NCBI RefSeq assembly: GCF_009914755.1
Contig: NC_060928.1
DNA from: the human T2T-CHM13v2.0 reference genome, Homo sapiens
Strand: one strand, 5' to 3'
Length of the DNA: 64,000 bases
Under the pieces are notes generated by a model. It made no database searches and was not told the origin of the DNA. It saw only the letters and a list, made by a program, of their open reading frames with translations. Below are positions 1-14,580 of the stretch, one piece after another; the stretch's first letter is position 1, and the number at the start of each line of letters is the position of its first letter. The position numbers and the translations under genes are program-made.

Positions 1-307
1 TTGCCTCATGATTCTGGAGGCTGGGAATTCCAAGACTTGGGGGGCTGCCATCTGATGAGGACCTTCTTGCTACATCATCCCATGAAAGAAGTGCAAAGAG
101 AGAGCAAGAGGGAATAAGAAGGGACTGAATGCATTATTTTATAAGAAACCCACTTCTGTGATAATGACTTTAATCCACTAATGAAGGTGGTGCCCCGTGA
201 CCTGAACACCTCCTGTTAGGCCTCTCCTTTCAATATCACTGAAAGTTAATCATTGGAAATTAAGTTTTTAACACATGAACTCTGGTGGACACATTCAAAC
301 CATAGCA
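1..307 (-). mobile_element. MaLR solo LTR (MSTC/MSTD-like), runs off the window start
   Basis: ctggaggctgggaattccaaga, catctgatgaggaccttcttgct and terminal acattcaaaccatagca match the reverse complement of MST-type LTRs. Confidence 0.8.
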
Positions 308-1954
308 ACTTGGCAACAATAAAGATGAACAGTATTGAACTGATAGAGAAATCCACATACATATGCACTCTATGAAAACAAATTACATTGTGTTCTGTGC
401 AACAACTGATAACAGCAAGGTCCAGATTGCTTAAAAAGTAGGTATAATCTTATCTTTGCATGAACCCAACTTGAGTCTACATTTATGGAAATAAGATAGC
501 TTTTTTGAGTGTGACTACTTCAGATAAACAGTATGAATTACATTTATGTTGTTTTCCTGAGAATGTCTTAAAGCATTTTCAGAAGGCTGGAACTATCTGG
601 GAAGATGAATGAAACACCCTGAAGGATCACAGAAATTTTGAGCCAAACAAATGATGTTCTTTTCAACCAAAGTTGTAGCAGCTGCACTTTATTTAGTTCT
701 TTGAACTTCTAACTCTATTCTCTCCCTATAGGAGAGCAGAATACCCAGGAAAGTTGACAAAATATACATGATTATTGTGATTGGGGCCAAATATGAGGAG
801 TTGAATGAAACATTAATACAAACCCATCTTCTTCAGTGACCTTAGCACTGCCTCAGGTTTTGCCAAATTAGTACATGTATGACCTGGTTATTGGCCTTTT
901 GAAACTCGAAACTTCTTAACTGACTTAAAAGAATCTATCTACACAGAATAAGAGTAAGAGTTTGAGTAAGAGCTTGTTTCTTACTTCACACAAATATGCA
1001 TGGTGAATCTTTCTAGAAAGAAATGACCAAATTCCAGAATTTCAGGATCAGTATAATACAATACTCAAATAAATGATGGATGGGTACAGTGTAAGTATCT
1101 ATTTCTACTAACTATAAACTTTGAAGAGGCATAAAAATGAAATGTGGTAGGTTTATATAAAGAATATGTGTGAAAAAATATATGCTCAATAGCTGGTTTC
1201 CATATCTTAATTATTATGTCCAACATACTGCAAATTTTTAAATAATCATTTTCACCAAGTTCAAAGAACTCTCTCAAGTTCAACACTTTGGAAAGCACAA
1301 AAATATTTCCAGGCTTTCAATCATGAATTTCAGCCCTTGTACCCAATTTTTTAAGACAAAGACACAGTCAAAAGCTAACAAACTTCTACTAGTTCTTAAA
1401 ATATGAAAAACACTCAACTCACCTAAGGGAATGGAGAAAGAAACTATTTTTATTATATACTGGGTGTCAGTAATTTTGCATGGTTCTCTCATTTTACCCA
1501 TACAATACTCTTTCAAGGTTGACGTAATCATTTTAGGAATGAACTAAGTCAGAGTAACCTTGAAGTGAAGCTTTCCTTAACCTTTAACATTTTGTACCTC
1601 CAAAGCAAATGTAAAAAGCAATCTCTGTTGATGGGGTAGAATCAGGTGATCTCATGAATATGTTATTAGTTGGTGTCAGAAATAAAACTGTAAGAAGATG
1701 CCATACCGTTGCAATACTCCTTGCCTACCATTGAAAGACACTAGAATAATGAACAGAATACTCAGTGTTTGCAGGATGAATGTGTCTAAATGATTGCCCG
1801 TAACACTTGAAAAGGAACATGATCTTCTTGATCCGTCTATCCACAAACTAATAATTTCTCTCTCTCTCTCTTAACTTTTATCAAATAAATACTGTGAAAC
1901 TGGTCTCTTAATCCACATTATTATTAATACTTTTAAAAATCCAAACAGAATTTT

Positions 1955-2070
1955 GTGATTCCTGATTTACAGATGAGGAAACTAAGCCCTGGAGATGTGA
2001 AGATAATTCCAGCAGTCAGTGGCAGAGTCACGATGTTCATCTACCTCAGCTGAAATAAAAATCTATGCCA
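1955..2070 (-). mobile_element. MIR SINE fragment
   Basis: MIR core tttacagatgaggaaactaag ... agtggcagag; approximate ends. Confidence 0.65.
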
Positions 2071-3589
2071 TTGCTTTTGTGCTATTTCTTCTCTAGATGG
2101 TTAACAATTGCTCAATCTGCAATCTGTGTTACACTTTCCACCCTATATTTTTACATTTCACCTCAAATAGACATCCCTGAAATTCCACCTGAAACATACT
2201 TTTCCTTTCTTATACTTGGCATGTCATGTCTGCTCTCCAGGTTGGTATCTGATGAAATCTCCCAGTTTTACTTTAATTGGCATTGGCAACATGCGGTCCC
2301 TGATAAAAAGCATATTTTCTTTCGAGATTACAATCATCAGTTGGGCTCATTTTTCTTGGCCCCTCCATCGAGCTGAACTTCTTTGGAAAAAGAAACAGCA
2401 GCTTGTGGGTTACTAAATGCCAGAGAGCTGAACTTAAAAAAAAAGAGAGAGGAAAAAAAATCACAAAGGAAAACAACTTAAAAATACATTTAGAAAGCCT
2501 GCGTGCATGCATGCGTGTGTGTATGTGTGTGTGCATGAGAACATAGACTTGCATTAATCACTCAGTTCACATATGATATATATGCAGAACTAGTGTGTGT
2601 ATGCAAAACTCTTAAAGGGCATGATTTTTATCCATAGCCTATTTATTCCAAACATAGCTAAATGAGGAGGCCAAATATAGAAAGTGATGCTCCAGGGGCC
2701 CTACGGCCTATATAGAATTTAAACTCAAATGATTTGCAAAATCACTACTAAGACAGCTTGCTCATACTGTCAGCGTGCCAGCACCAGAAGCTTGTCGTGT
2801 ATTTTTGTCTTGGCAGATGCACATTCTGTTATAAAGGTCTGTTCATCTGATGCCTTCCTTGTTTTCAGGTAATGCTCAGCGCCTTCTTGCAGAGGGAAGA
2901 GTGAGCCTGTGTCGCTTCTCCATGTCCTGGAGGAGACAGTCTGCACTCAGACTCTGACCATGTGCTGGTGTCCTGGCTTACCTCCATTAAGAGTTCATTT
3001 CTGCTCCATAAAACTACAGGTCACGAGTGCTCTCATTCCTTTCTTTTTATATTATTCAATTTTATTTCTGACATTTGCCAGGGCACAGGGAAATAAACCA
3101 GTGTTAGTTAATATCAACAATGACTCCGTTTCTTTAAAAATCACCTGAGGTTTGAGGAGGTTGTCTTTTTTTTCTTTTAGATTAAAACATGGTTTCCCAA
3201 AACTGATTAGCATAGTTTTTAAGCCACTCTGAAGTGTTTGTTAGGCTTCGCATGCTGGTCTCCATATGCCTCTTTTCAATTACATGTGCCGCCACAAGTA
3301 TGGCTAAACGAAACGCTTCTTTAAAAACAGAAAGCAAACTGTTAGGCTTTGTGCAGTGTAACTAGTTAGCGTGCGACATCTCAAACTGCCCTGATTTCAT
3401 CACCAAACTGCTAAATGTTCTGTTTGCAGAAATAGCCATTAAAATGTATCTTAAAATTAGATGCTCTGTCAGAATTAAAGGGGAGACAGGGGAACTGGAA
3501 GGGATTAAAATAACAGGAAATGGAGTTTAGACCTTGGTTGTCTTGGAGGCTATCTGTGGAAAACTTTTCATTTTTTGGTGGTAGCAAAA

Positions 3590-3810
3590 GTAATAATAAT
3601 AATTCTGTTTATTGAACACTTCTTATGTGTCTGGATGATTGAAAAATCTTCAAGTTATGTCAATTAATTACCAATTATTAATCATTACAGCCACTCTATA
3701 AGGTAAGTACTATAATTATACATATTAGGAGACTGCAGCAGTGAGATTTAGTAATTTTCCTGAGGGCATGCAGGAAAGTGGTAGAGCTGAGACAAGACCA
3801 GGTACTATAG
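3590..3810 (-). mobile_element. MIR SINE fragment
   Basis: taataataataat..tttattgaacacttcttatgtgtctgg (MIR 3' end, reversed) followed by a degenerate core ending aagtggtagagctg. Confidence 0.6.
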
Positions 3811-3889
3811 CTACAGGGTTTACATCTTATTTTGAGGTTAGTAGGAGGAACATGTGCTGGGATTGTATTAGGAAGCTCCTTGTTTATCC

Positions 3890-4020
3890 ACACTTGTGTT
3901 GCTGTACACTGGGTTATATTACTAGATTATAAATGCTCTTGTATCACCCACTAAGATGCCTGCCATGTATCCGATTCTCAGAAGATGTTTGTGGAATGAA
4001 TGAATAGATGAATGAATGAT
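3890..4020 (+). mobile_element. L2 LINE 3' end
   Basis: actagattataaatgctc ... atgtttgtggaatgaatgaatagatgaatgaatga, typical (AATG)n L2 tail. Confidence 0.6.
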
Positions 4021-6549
4021 ATCTTCCTTTTAGGAAAATGCTATAAGTAAACCAATTTGAGTGCAAAATGAGACATTATTTGGACAAAACAAACTAACGA
4101 ACAAAAATCAACTTGTGGAAAAATCTACTCAGCTTCTCATTTACTCTTTTACTACAGTGAGAGGCCTTGTACCACATGGTGGGAAAACACACGTAATAAT
4201 TCGACAGCCAACTGAAGCTCTAGTACTAAATCCAGGCTAGCCACAGACTCACCACTTGATTTTATTTGGTCACTTCAATTTGGGCTTCAGTATCCTTGTT
4301 TGCTTAATAAGGGCATTTATTTGGAAAGCAACCTCTCTTAATTCTGATGTCCTACGGTATTTTCAAACAACTGAAATTAGAACTCACTTTTTATAAAAAG
4401 TTTTTCCTGAGTGTCCATGGAGTGGATCTAATTTGTGTATTTATGACCATAGAAAGTGCTTCTTTCATCAATGCTAAAAAGGTACATGGTCTCTAAGACA
4501 GAAGGAAAGATAGCTTATTTTTTTAAAGTGAGAGAAGTTACTTAGAGAATAGTGAAAATTGAGTTTAGTAATGTTTAGTACATACTAGAAAAGCCTCAAA
4601 AACAGGTTTGCAAAAGTTATTAATTCCCACAACACAGTGGAATGCTTTGGAATTATCATCAAATTTATTTATTTTTCTTTTATACAATGGTTGTTTCTGA
4701 AAATTTGTATATTTAAATAATAATAAAATTAATGATATTTTAAAAATATTAGGGACATTGATTACTTTAATGTAAATAAATACTATTGAGAAGAATCTTT
4801 GGATAAATGCATTCTCAAACTTTAAGGTTCTGTTTAAGTGAATTTCTACTTAGCAAATAAAGTTGGGATCTGGAATAACACAAAATCTCCAGGTCCCATA
4901 TCTATGGTAAACATGAGGAGCAGCTTGAATATGGTTTTATTTACTTCTAGAAAATAGATTTTGAGTTACAGGTATACCTGGTCACAGGAAATCCAGACAC
5001 ATGCAAAACCAGATTTATACATATGATAAATTATTTTAAGGGTTCTCTGAACATCAATGCCATCATCCATCAACATGAAGCTGCTTCTGCAAATGTGCAC
5101 ACATTTCCTGAAAGGATTTATAATCCAGCCAATACGGTACATTTTGAATGTGTTACAGAAAGGACAGATTTACAGGAGACAATCTGCCTTCATGATGATT
5201 GCATATTGTGGCATTTCTAGTCCATATGGATCAGTAAGACTTGGATAGCAGGCATTTGACCTTCAAAATCATGCAAATGTGAAACCAGACTTCTTCTCTT
5301 ACAGCTGGGAACGTCAGTGGGACTTCTTCAGCTTATTTTGAAGGCAGTGATTAAAGCACAATTTGACTTCTAAAAATTATTGAGATCTTATTTTAATGCT
5401 TCTTTCCCCCTATGGAGAATGATTTCGTCTTTTGCTTCCCTCATCCCCATTCCCTCTGGCTAACCTTCACTCATTAGCACCCAGAACTCAAATACTGATC
5501 ATTTAAGAGAGAACTTGCCAACTCAGAGCCATGGGCTAACTATAAACAAGACTTTAAACCTTTTTGCTAATGCCATAGTTAATCTCAAGTAATAACTTCT
5601 GAAAACCTTTGAAAAGGTCTGAGAATGGCTTTCTGTCAGGGGCCTAAGGAAACTGTACATTTTCTCACCGTGAAACCTTGATCATGCCAGATATAATCAG
5701 ACTGTTTATCTGGCAATGTTAATTTTCTGAGTTTACAGTATAACAATTCGCCAAGATTATTGGAACAGAATCAGAAGAAGTTATATTTGTTAATCGGCCA
5801 ATTTTCTTTTTTTGCATTTAAAAATTCAGTGCAAAATGGTATCACATTTTCTAGAGTACTGACGAGACTATGCCTGAATAAATGCATTTGCCAAAGCGAA
5901 AGTAATATTAAAAAAAACCCTCGAGATTGAGAGAAACAATTTCAACAGTTTCCCTCTTTGTGATTTAAGGCTTTGAGAACCCTGTAGGGAGAGGCAGACT
6001 GGAAGAAACCATAGGCATCCTTGTGACCACATTCTGCCAAGCTAAAGACAACAAGCAAAACCCAATTATAAAGAGGAAAAAAAAGAGATCTGGGCAAAAT
6101 CTCTGCTTATGAAGAGGCAAACTGGAATTTTTCCCTTCTATTATAGCATCTACAACCAGCTCAGTTACTCCAAAATCTTCTATAAAACAATGGCTTATAA
6201 GGTTCTGGTCTAGACAGGCTTTGGGCTTTTTGCTATAACCTTTAATGAATTTATTTGTTTGCTATTTTGTTCATTTCTCCTTCAAAATTGTGTTTCTAGC
6301 AACTTACTTTAACTTATGAACCCTTCATTGATAAAGAATAAATCTCATATCGCCTGGCTCTTGTCTCATAACTCAATTTAACCATTTCTCAAATGTAAAT
6401 GTCTTTCTGTCCAGCTTTAATCAGCTATAAATTTTGGCAGATGCAGGGTTGAGTGTTTCCAAGTGCTTACGATTAGGGCAGTATTTTCCAGTTTCCTTTC
6501 TGGACAATGTGAGTATCCAGTGTACTAAGACTCCAAGCACCTAAAAACA

Positions 6550-6790
6550 GTTAGTGTTTATTAAAAACTTATTATGTGCCATATGACCTTTCCAGGTATT
6601 TCTGCTAATTTAATCCTCACAACACCTTTATGAAGTAGGTGCTCTGATTGTCCTCATTTTATAGATAAAGGAGACGCATCCTAACAAAGTTAAGAAACTG
6701 CTAATAGTCCATTTTTGGTCATAGTTGGCCCTCATGAAAGAGTTTGAAGCCAAACTGTTCTACCCAACAGCCAACATTCTTTACCATTTT
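6550..6790 (-). mobile_element. MIR SINE
   Basis: tttaatcctcacaacacctttatgaagtaggt..ctcattttatagataaagg matches reversed MIR. Confidence 0.7.
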
Positions 6791-7575
6791 TTTTTAGAAA
6801 GAGAAAAGGGGCAATGTGCTGATAAATATTAATTCTAGTTATTTACAGAATTGTTTGAGTGCTATCTTCAATCAAAGGGTTTAGTAGAAAATGGAAAAAT
6901 CCCCATTAATTATTAATTCACCCTAATAGATAGGTAAAATGGTAGCTGAGCACCTTTATTTTTCAACTACAGATACAAGGAACCAGGAATGTGATAAACA
7001 GAAATGACCAGTTGTAGTCAAGTCATATTCTCTCAAGACATCTCAGTTTCTCCTTGAATAACGTGAACAGTTGAAATGGATAAGTTCTAAAGTTCCTCCC
7101 ACCACTGACATTCTATGACCTTATGATGAATCTTTAGTGGTAGAGATCACAATCATGTTTTAGAATTTGTTTCTATTTATAAAATTTGGTGTTCAGATTC
7201 ATAACTCAGAAAAAGAAGGGTATAGATTTCTCATTATGTGTTTCTTTCTAGAAAAAGGAGCCAAATCTGTATGTTTCACTTCTAGCATATGAAGACCACT
7301 ACATAATTCAGTGTAAAAACCAAGAGGAGTATAATGACTACTCCTGAAGAACCACAGTGGCATTTTTTAAAAAAGCCATATAGAAGAGAAATAGGAAATT
7401 TATTCTTATAAGATTTTTCCCCTACCTTTAATATACTCCTACAATTTGTACACTCTATCAACCTAAAATGGCCTAGACTATAACACATATATATTTTACA
7501 TCCCTCAGGGAATATCTAGGACATTATCTCTAAATACTTTTTGAGTTTTGAAAATTTCCTTAAAAAATACACATG

Positions 7576-7870
<295 letters not shown>

Positions 7871-8489
7871 AAAAAATACACATGAATACACACATGAATA
7901 CACACACACAACATGTAACATACAATTTCTCTATGTTCCAGAACACTGTTTGAAGTCCTATCACATTATCTGTTGTTTGTAGACCTTTTGGGGCCCTCAG
8001 AAGAGTTATAAAGGAGTTTAGCACAGAGCTAGTCATGAATAGGGCACGGGATTTTCTTCTTAGAGATATATCATCAGGCTTGGGGGTGGGAGGTGTGTAC
8101 ATATAGAAGGTAGCCATCATATTCCCATAGAGGTCTCTAAACAGAACAAAAGAGCGTCTGTTAATAATGAAAACAGTCAGATGGCTCTGAGAGGCGAGGA
8201 TCCAGGAAGGAGAACAACTGCTCACTAATGGGGAAATATTTGTTCTGGTAAACTTTTGTTACCCTTCACCCTTACATCAAATGTCACTGAATACCTCTTC
8301 TCCTCAAATGTTCTGGTCTAACTTCTACTGAAAAATAAATAAAGTCTTACAAAAGTATTTTAGATAGGAAGAGACCACAGCATAAAAAGACAAATTTTTA
8401 TTTATGTTAATAAATCTAAGCAGATTTTTTTTTAATGCAGAATTTTGAATTAGGTAGAATTCTTTAATGGGCAAGATAATTAGCCGATT

Positions 8490-8942
8490 CACTGTTCATT
8501 TGCACTCAGATTTATTTCCTTCCTTCCCCTGCTGTGCATTTCAGGAAACTATATTTTCCAGGGCCCTCTTGTTCTCTTGTGAAGCAAGGCCCTGATACAA
8601 GATTACAGAATGAGAAAGGGAAGTCAAAGCATACCCCGAAACTCATCTCCTGTGGCGCTTCCAGAATGGCTAGCCTCATCCATGGTTCCAGCTTTGCCTG
8701 GACAGCACCCTTTGTGGTTCTGGCTCTGGCTTGATGGCCCTGGCTTCTGGGTTCTGGAAATACCACTTCCTTTCCTTATTCCTCCAGTTCTGGGATGGTA
8801 CTTACTGCTGCTACTCTGGTTTGCCTCACCATGCCTTGTTTGGCTTTCAGCTCTTTCATAACCAGTGTAATCCTGAATTAAATTCTTTTATTTCAAAGAT
8901 CTACAATGGTTTCCGTTTTTCTGGTTGGACTCTGATTGTTAC
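8490..8942 (+). mobile_element. Old ERVL-class LTR (LTR33/LTR40/LTR50-like)
   Basis: aactatattttccagggccctcttg near the start; gcctcaccatgccttgtt and ctggttggactctgattgttac at the end resemble this LTR group; subfamily uncertain. Confidence 0.5.
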
Positions 8943-10859
8943 TGGAAAACTAGCTATATAGATGTGCTATTTCCATTGCAGGAGATTCAGGGAGTCAGGA
9001 CAGGTATTCTGGAAAGCAAATAGATTTGAAATATTAGGTGGAAATAGTGGTATAAAATTTCTGATGAAAGATATAAATGTGACTTTTTTTAGGGCAATCT
9101 GGAGAGTTTCCATGATTCACTTTCATCAAAACATGTAAAATACCGGATTTATTTTATCGTTGTTCTCCCTTTCAAACTATTTTCATGCTGCATTTCGCAC
9201 TATGGAACCTACAGGTCTTTCTATGCCAAGTTATAGAATCCCAGAATAATGACAACAACATGAATTGTCTGGGGTTGAGTAAAATTTTTTATAATTGCTT
9301 TGAAATGAATGGACCATGACATGAATGCAGGTATCACTTTTAAATTCATAGTTTCAGCCAAAGAAAATATGTAGATAAATAGATCTGCAAGTTTTCTACA
9401 TTTTCCTCTGTGAGGTTCAGTGGGTAAGCAACGGCCTGGAACTCAAAAGCCTTTGAAATATCCTTTATTCTGCCCCTCATGTTCAATGACCTTGAGTAAG
9501 TCACCTAAATCGGAGGCAACTCTGGCCCTGGAGAGAATGATCTAGTGTCTGGGACCAGCAATCCACTTTGCAGAAAAAGCAGGCTACAGAGATGTTCAGT
9601 GCTAGGAAAAACTCAACAGACAAAAATAACATTTGGATGTGCCCAAGTGCATGAAGCCCTCCCAAGTGTTTTCTCTATTATTCTAATCAGTCATGTTCGG
9701 TTATCTTCGTTTATGCTGATGTATGGGAATTTATATTTCTAACACCCTTTCCCACTAGCCCTGGAGAACCCCTAGAGAGATATTTATTTTGCAATTTCGA
9801 AACAATTGCTTAGTTTTCATTTGAATTAATTTCCCATTAGTTCCCTTTGCAATAAATGTCAGCTGGTTAAAGCAAAAAAGTCTGAGACTTAGGTTAAAAG
9901 TATTTGCAAACATGCAATTAGGAATTGACTCAGTTATCTACTTCTGCGTTTGATTAAAGCATCAACTGCCGTTTTCAGTATCACATGCCGATTTCTTAAC
10001 AAAAGGTAACTTTTCTTGGTGAGGGGCACCTAGCACTAGGCCTGACCTTGTTCTTAAGAGAGCTAAACATACTACTCAATCTGGAAATCTCATAATCTGA
10101 TCTCAGGATCATCTGGGTCAAGTTGCCTTTAGAACAAGATAGTAAAATACTCAGCATATGTATTACTCCCGCTGTTTCTGTGTCCCTGACAGTCACTGAC
10201 AATTTCTAGTGGGGCTTTCTCCCACTGAACTCAGATACAGCCTCAAAATGCTTCTTAACCCAGTGTTCCAGGGAGCTTTTACCGATTGATTGGAACTATC
10301 ATAACTGACATAATTTTTCTTCAGACTGACTTGTAAATACATCGTGAAATGCGAATCCTTTAACAAAGGGTTGACATCAGGTATTTACCTTAATATTAGG
10401 TTTTTAGGCAATTCTGGCAAACAGTGTCTTTCAGAAAGCGTCATTATAGAATTTTTAACTTCAAAGATCTGAAAGAGAATACTAGAAAATTTATTAGGAG
10501 TAATCATACTCAAAACTCACTGGTATAAATTTTCTGTAGGAACAGGAAAAAAATGAAAGTTGAAGGTAACTAACAACTGAAGGGTTATTTTTATCTGAGA
10601 CTGATAGAATTCTGAGACGTAGAAGGGATGTCCCTTTGGTGTAAAATCTAAATTGGAGCTGGGGCAAGTACAGTTGGAGAGTATTTAGTGATGGTGAGGA
10701 GAAGAGACAGGATGTTTTGGCTTGACATAAATAAAGTAGATACTATCTCACTTGACATTTATTTTTTAGTTTTAGAGGAGTCTTTTCATGGGAAAAAATG
10801 CTTAAATTTAAAAATACAGTATATCTCTTTGAGAACATTTTAGCAATAATCATTTTGTA

Positions 10860-11020
10860 GAATTCAGTCAACAAATATTTATTGAGTGCTTAGTGCATGT
10901 AAGATATTATGTTTGGTACTTTCATTTCTTATCTGTAAAATGAGAACAGCAATGCTTGTCCTATCTCACAAGATCGTTAGGAAGATTAAATAAATAAAAA
11001 TGTTACTTAAGTATCAAATG
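10860..11020. mobile_element. Adjacent L2 tail (-) and MIR (+) fragments
   Basis: attcagtcaacaaatatttattgagtgctt, then ttcttatctgtaaaatgagaa. Confidence 0.6.
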
Positions 11021-11658
11021 ATATTTTTACTATAGTCATAATGATAATTACTCTTACATAACGAGAAAAATCTGAAGTAAGTATTAATCTTTAAAATGAA
11101 AATACAAAAAGTGTGGAAAATCATCAACAGATTGCATGAGGTTACCAAGAACAGTCTGGAATTTTAGGACCATCATGTATATTTTGAGACATAGCATTAT
11201 AGAGATACTCAGTAAATGTTAAACAATTGAAGAAATGAACAGATGATTGAATTTTAAAATGGGATTTTTGCCTTTACTTTGCCTGTAATTGTGTCTCTGT
11301 GGTCGCTTTTTTCACACTACTTTATCTATAAGCTTGCTGTATTTTCCAGGACTCCATAAACTAAAGTGTCATAGAAGCAGGAAGACTCTCTCCTCTGCTG
11401 ACTCCTCTCCTTCTACCAAACCACATGCATTTTGTGAAGTCTCATCCTCCAGCTTCTGTTCATGGCATGATCACCTTCATGGGTGCCCTCATTTATTCCC
11501 ACAGCTTCAGTTCTCATTTCTATTTGAGAGACACTTAAGCTAGATTTCTAGCCCTAATGCTGATCTTCCCACCCTATTCACAATGCCCTGCTGGATATTT
11601 CCTCATGTAGAGATATTGTGCTGAATTTCTCTTGTTTTTGTTTCTCACTATGTTTCTT

Positions 11659-11659
11659 A

Positions 11660-11684
<25 letters not shown>
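11659..11684 (+). repeat. (TC)n microsatellite
   Basis: Directly visible. Confidence 0.95.
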
Positions 11685-11690
<6 letters not shown>

Positions 11691-11749
11691 CTTCCTCTCT
11701 TATTAATTATAAAGTTAATAATCAAAGCTAAGAATCTTTCAGTTATCCT

Positions 11750-12610
11750 CATTTTGTTCTTCTTTTTCTTTTCCCCAACAATCCTCCTCTTAAACTTAAT
11801 AGCCAGTTCCTTACCACATGGCATTCTGTATCTCCATTCCTGCAAACACATATACTCCATTTCCTATGCCCACTGCCTCTCCTTTAGGTCTGCTAATTAC
11901 CTCTTCAGACTTGTGTCATACTCTTATCACTTTCCCCAACATGCATTTTCAATGGTTCATCATACTGCCTTGGGCCAGGATTAGCTGTCTGAGACATTAT
12001 CTGCTCAAGTAACCTGTCTTGTCACCACGCGCTGCTCCATGTTCATCTTAGCCCTGCTAAAACTTTTATAGCTCTTAGTCATCTATAGAATAAAGTCCAA
12101 GATCCTGAATATATTTTCGAAGACCTTCCCAGTCTGATTCTTGCCTGTCTTTTAGCTCCATCTCTTCATTCCCTTTCAGTTGCTCTATGTTCTGATAATG
12201 CAGAACTATTTATTACTCCCAGGACATACCATGTACCTCTGTGAATTTGTTCATAGTATTTCGCCCACCTGGAATGACTTCCCTTTTCCTCATATCAAAA
12301 TCATATATACCCTTCAAGTTTCAGGTACAAATCTTTCCTTGGTTTTACTTTTAGGTATTAAAAATGTCTGTTGGTGAATTTCTCATTTTTGGAGTTCTCA
12401 TTTACCTTAGCTTATTCTTCAGTTGAAGTATCTATATCAGGGTTTGTATCATATGGAATTATTTATATGCCACCCACGACCTCCTACTGGACTGTAAGTA
12501 GCTCTTGAATAGTAGGGTTCACATGTTATTGATCTGTGATCTCTTGTACCTACTCTTAAATTCCTGGCACATATATAATAATTGCTGATTAAATTTTTGT
12601 TGAATTAAAC
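11750..12610 (+). mobile_element. Degenerate L2 LINE 3' region
   Basis: tatagaataaagtccaa, cccacctggaatgacttccc, ctactggactgtaag, cctggcacata..aaatttttgttgaatta; left boundary uncertain. Confidence 0.65.
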
Positions 12611-14399
12611 TGAAGTTTTGTAGAAAAGTACTTTGAAATGTTGTTAACATTTAAAATAACTAATATGTGAGGTAAGTAAGCCTTGATTCATTTGCTGTCA
12701 GGTCCAAAGAAATTAATTCATGGAGGAAATAAGCTATCAGGCCAGAGTATAAAGGAGACATATCAAACTCTTCCATTCATTTCTATTTCATGTAGGTCTA
12801 TACATTTATGTGAAAACAATGTATTAACTCTACACCTGTTCTGATGCTTTCAGTCTAATCAATACAGATCAAGTGAAAGCAGTATAATTAACTAACTCTG
12901 AGCAATAGGTAGTAGAAGGAATGATATTATTAAATAGCAATAATGACTATTCTTAATGCCAAGCAAGATTTTTTTGAAGATTAATTGTTTGGGATAAACA
13001 TCTTATGAAACAAATTCTGTTTTTTTAGGTAATGAAACTATTTATAGTAATGCCTAAACAATATTTTATATCTAAGTTGGAGAGAAAAATATAATTTTCT
13101 CAAAATTGTTAAGAAAATAAAATGTAAAGAACAGCAAATGAACTATACATTTTGGGTTCAACAGGCCTCACAATATCAAGTGTTTGCCAAATTACTGAGA
13201 GTAATTTATGAAGAATACTCGTAAGTATACTCTAACTACTTGAAATACTGTTCACTGAAATTTTTAAAATAGAAATTTTTTTATCTAATCCAAATATATA
13301 TTTATGTATGCATCTATCTGGATCCAATATTAGACATAAAAATATGAACTAGCTCAATTGTTTAAAAATGACCAAAATAACAAAAGAAAGCAACCACTCA
13401 AATGAATAATGAAATACATTTGCTCTATAAATTCATCACAGCTTACTTAATCAAAATTGAGAATTGCAATATAGGAAACCATTAAAAACTGTTTATAACA
13501 TTTTATATGATGGTAATTTATAAATGTTCTGTAACTCAATGGAATCTGGAGATACTTTTTATTTACTTAAAAAATATTTCCTGGTACAATACAAGTATCA
13601 GAAACCAATTTTCTTGAAGAGCAATTCAAATAAACGAAATGGCTGTTATTAGTATAAAAGAGCTAAGGAAATAACTTTGCTTATTGGGACCTTAAGGTAA
13701 GATAAGGTTATTCAAAATTATATCATTTTTAGGAAAAATCTATTCTGGGAGGGTAACACTTAGTGGGACATGTTCCCTGTCCCTCCGGCTGTAGCTTTCT
13801 AAGTATTCTAATAACTCAAGTAAACTGCCGGGACAAACAACACAGCTATGACTGTGTCTGGAGATACTGCATCTGCCTTCCTTAATCAACTTCCTTTCCT
13901 GAATATGAATTGCAATAATGAGTCAATTAACGTCCTCAAATGCCAATGAGATGCAAAAGAGATTGGTAGTGGTGGTGGTGGCAGTGCGTTTCGGGAGCTC
14001 TTCCAATGTCTGGATTTTAACGAGAATCACACACTGAGCTCACAACTGATTATTTATCTCACGCAAACGTGACTGGCTGGCACTTTCCCCTGCAGCCTTC
14101 CCCCCGGCTCCCCCAAGAAAGTAAGGAAGACAAATCTAACCTTGTTATTGAGAAAACCTCTTTGATTTGGAGCCATTAATCTTAAGGCTTAATTTTTAAC
14201 CTCTTTACTCAGATGAAAAGGCCTACTTTTGATAATTTTCCTTATCAATATTCTGCAATGATATTCTACACATGTTCTGAAATTATGACCTTTTTGGTAT
14301 ATGCTCACAAGTAAAAGCAATTGATTTTCAATCAGCCTCTAGCTGCTCTACCTTTAAGGTACATTTAAATAGTTAACTGTAATTTATTATTTTCTATCT

Positions 14400-14580
14400 A
14401 CCAGATAATCTGAGTATCTTACTGTAAATCAAACACATTTTTTTGAGTTAAGTATTATTATTCCCAGTTTACAGATAATAAAACTGAGGCTCAGAGAGAA
14501 GTTTATACAACTCAATAGCAACAGCAAACTTTGAAGTCAGGCCCATTAGTCTTCTTACCCAGCCTCTTTGTACCACATTA
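14400..14580 (-). mobile_element. MIR SINE fragment
   Basis: tattattattcccagtttacagataataaaactgaggctcagagag. Confidence 0.7.
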
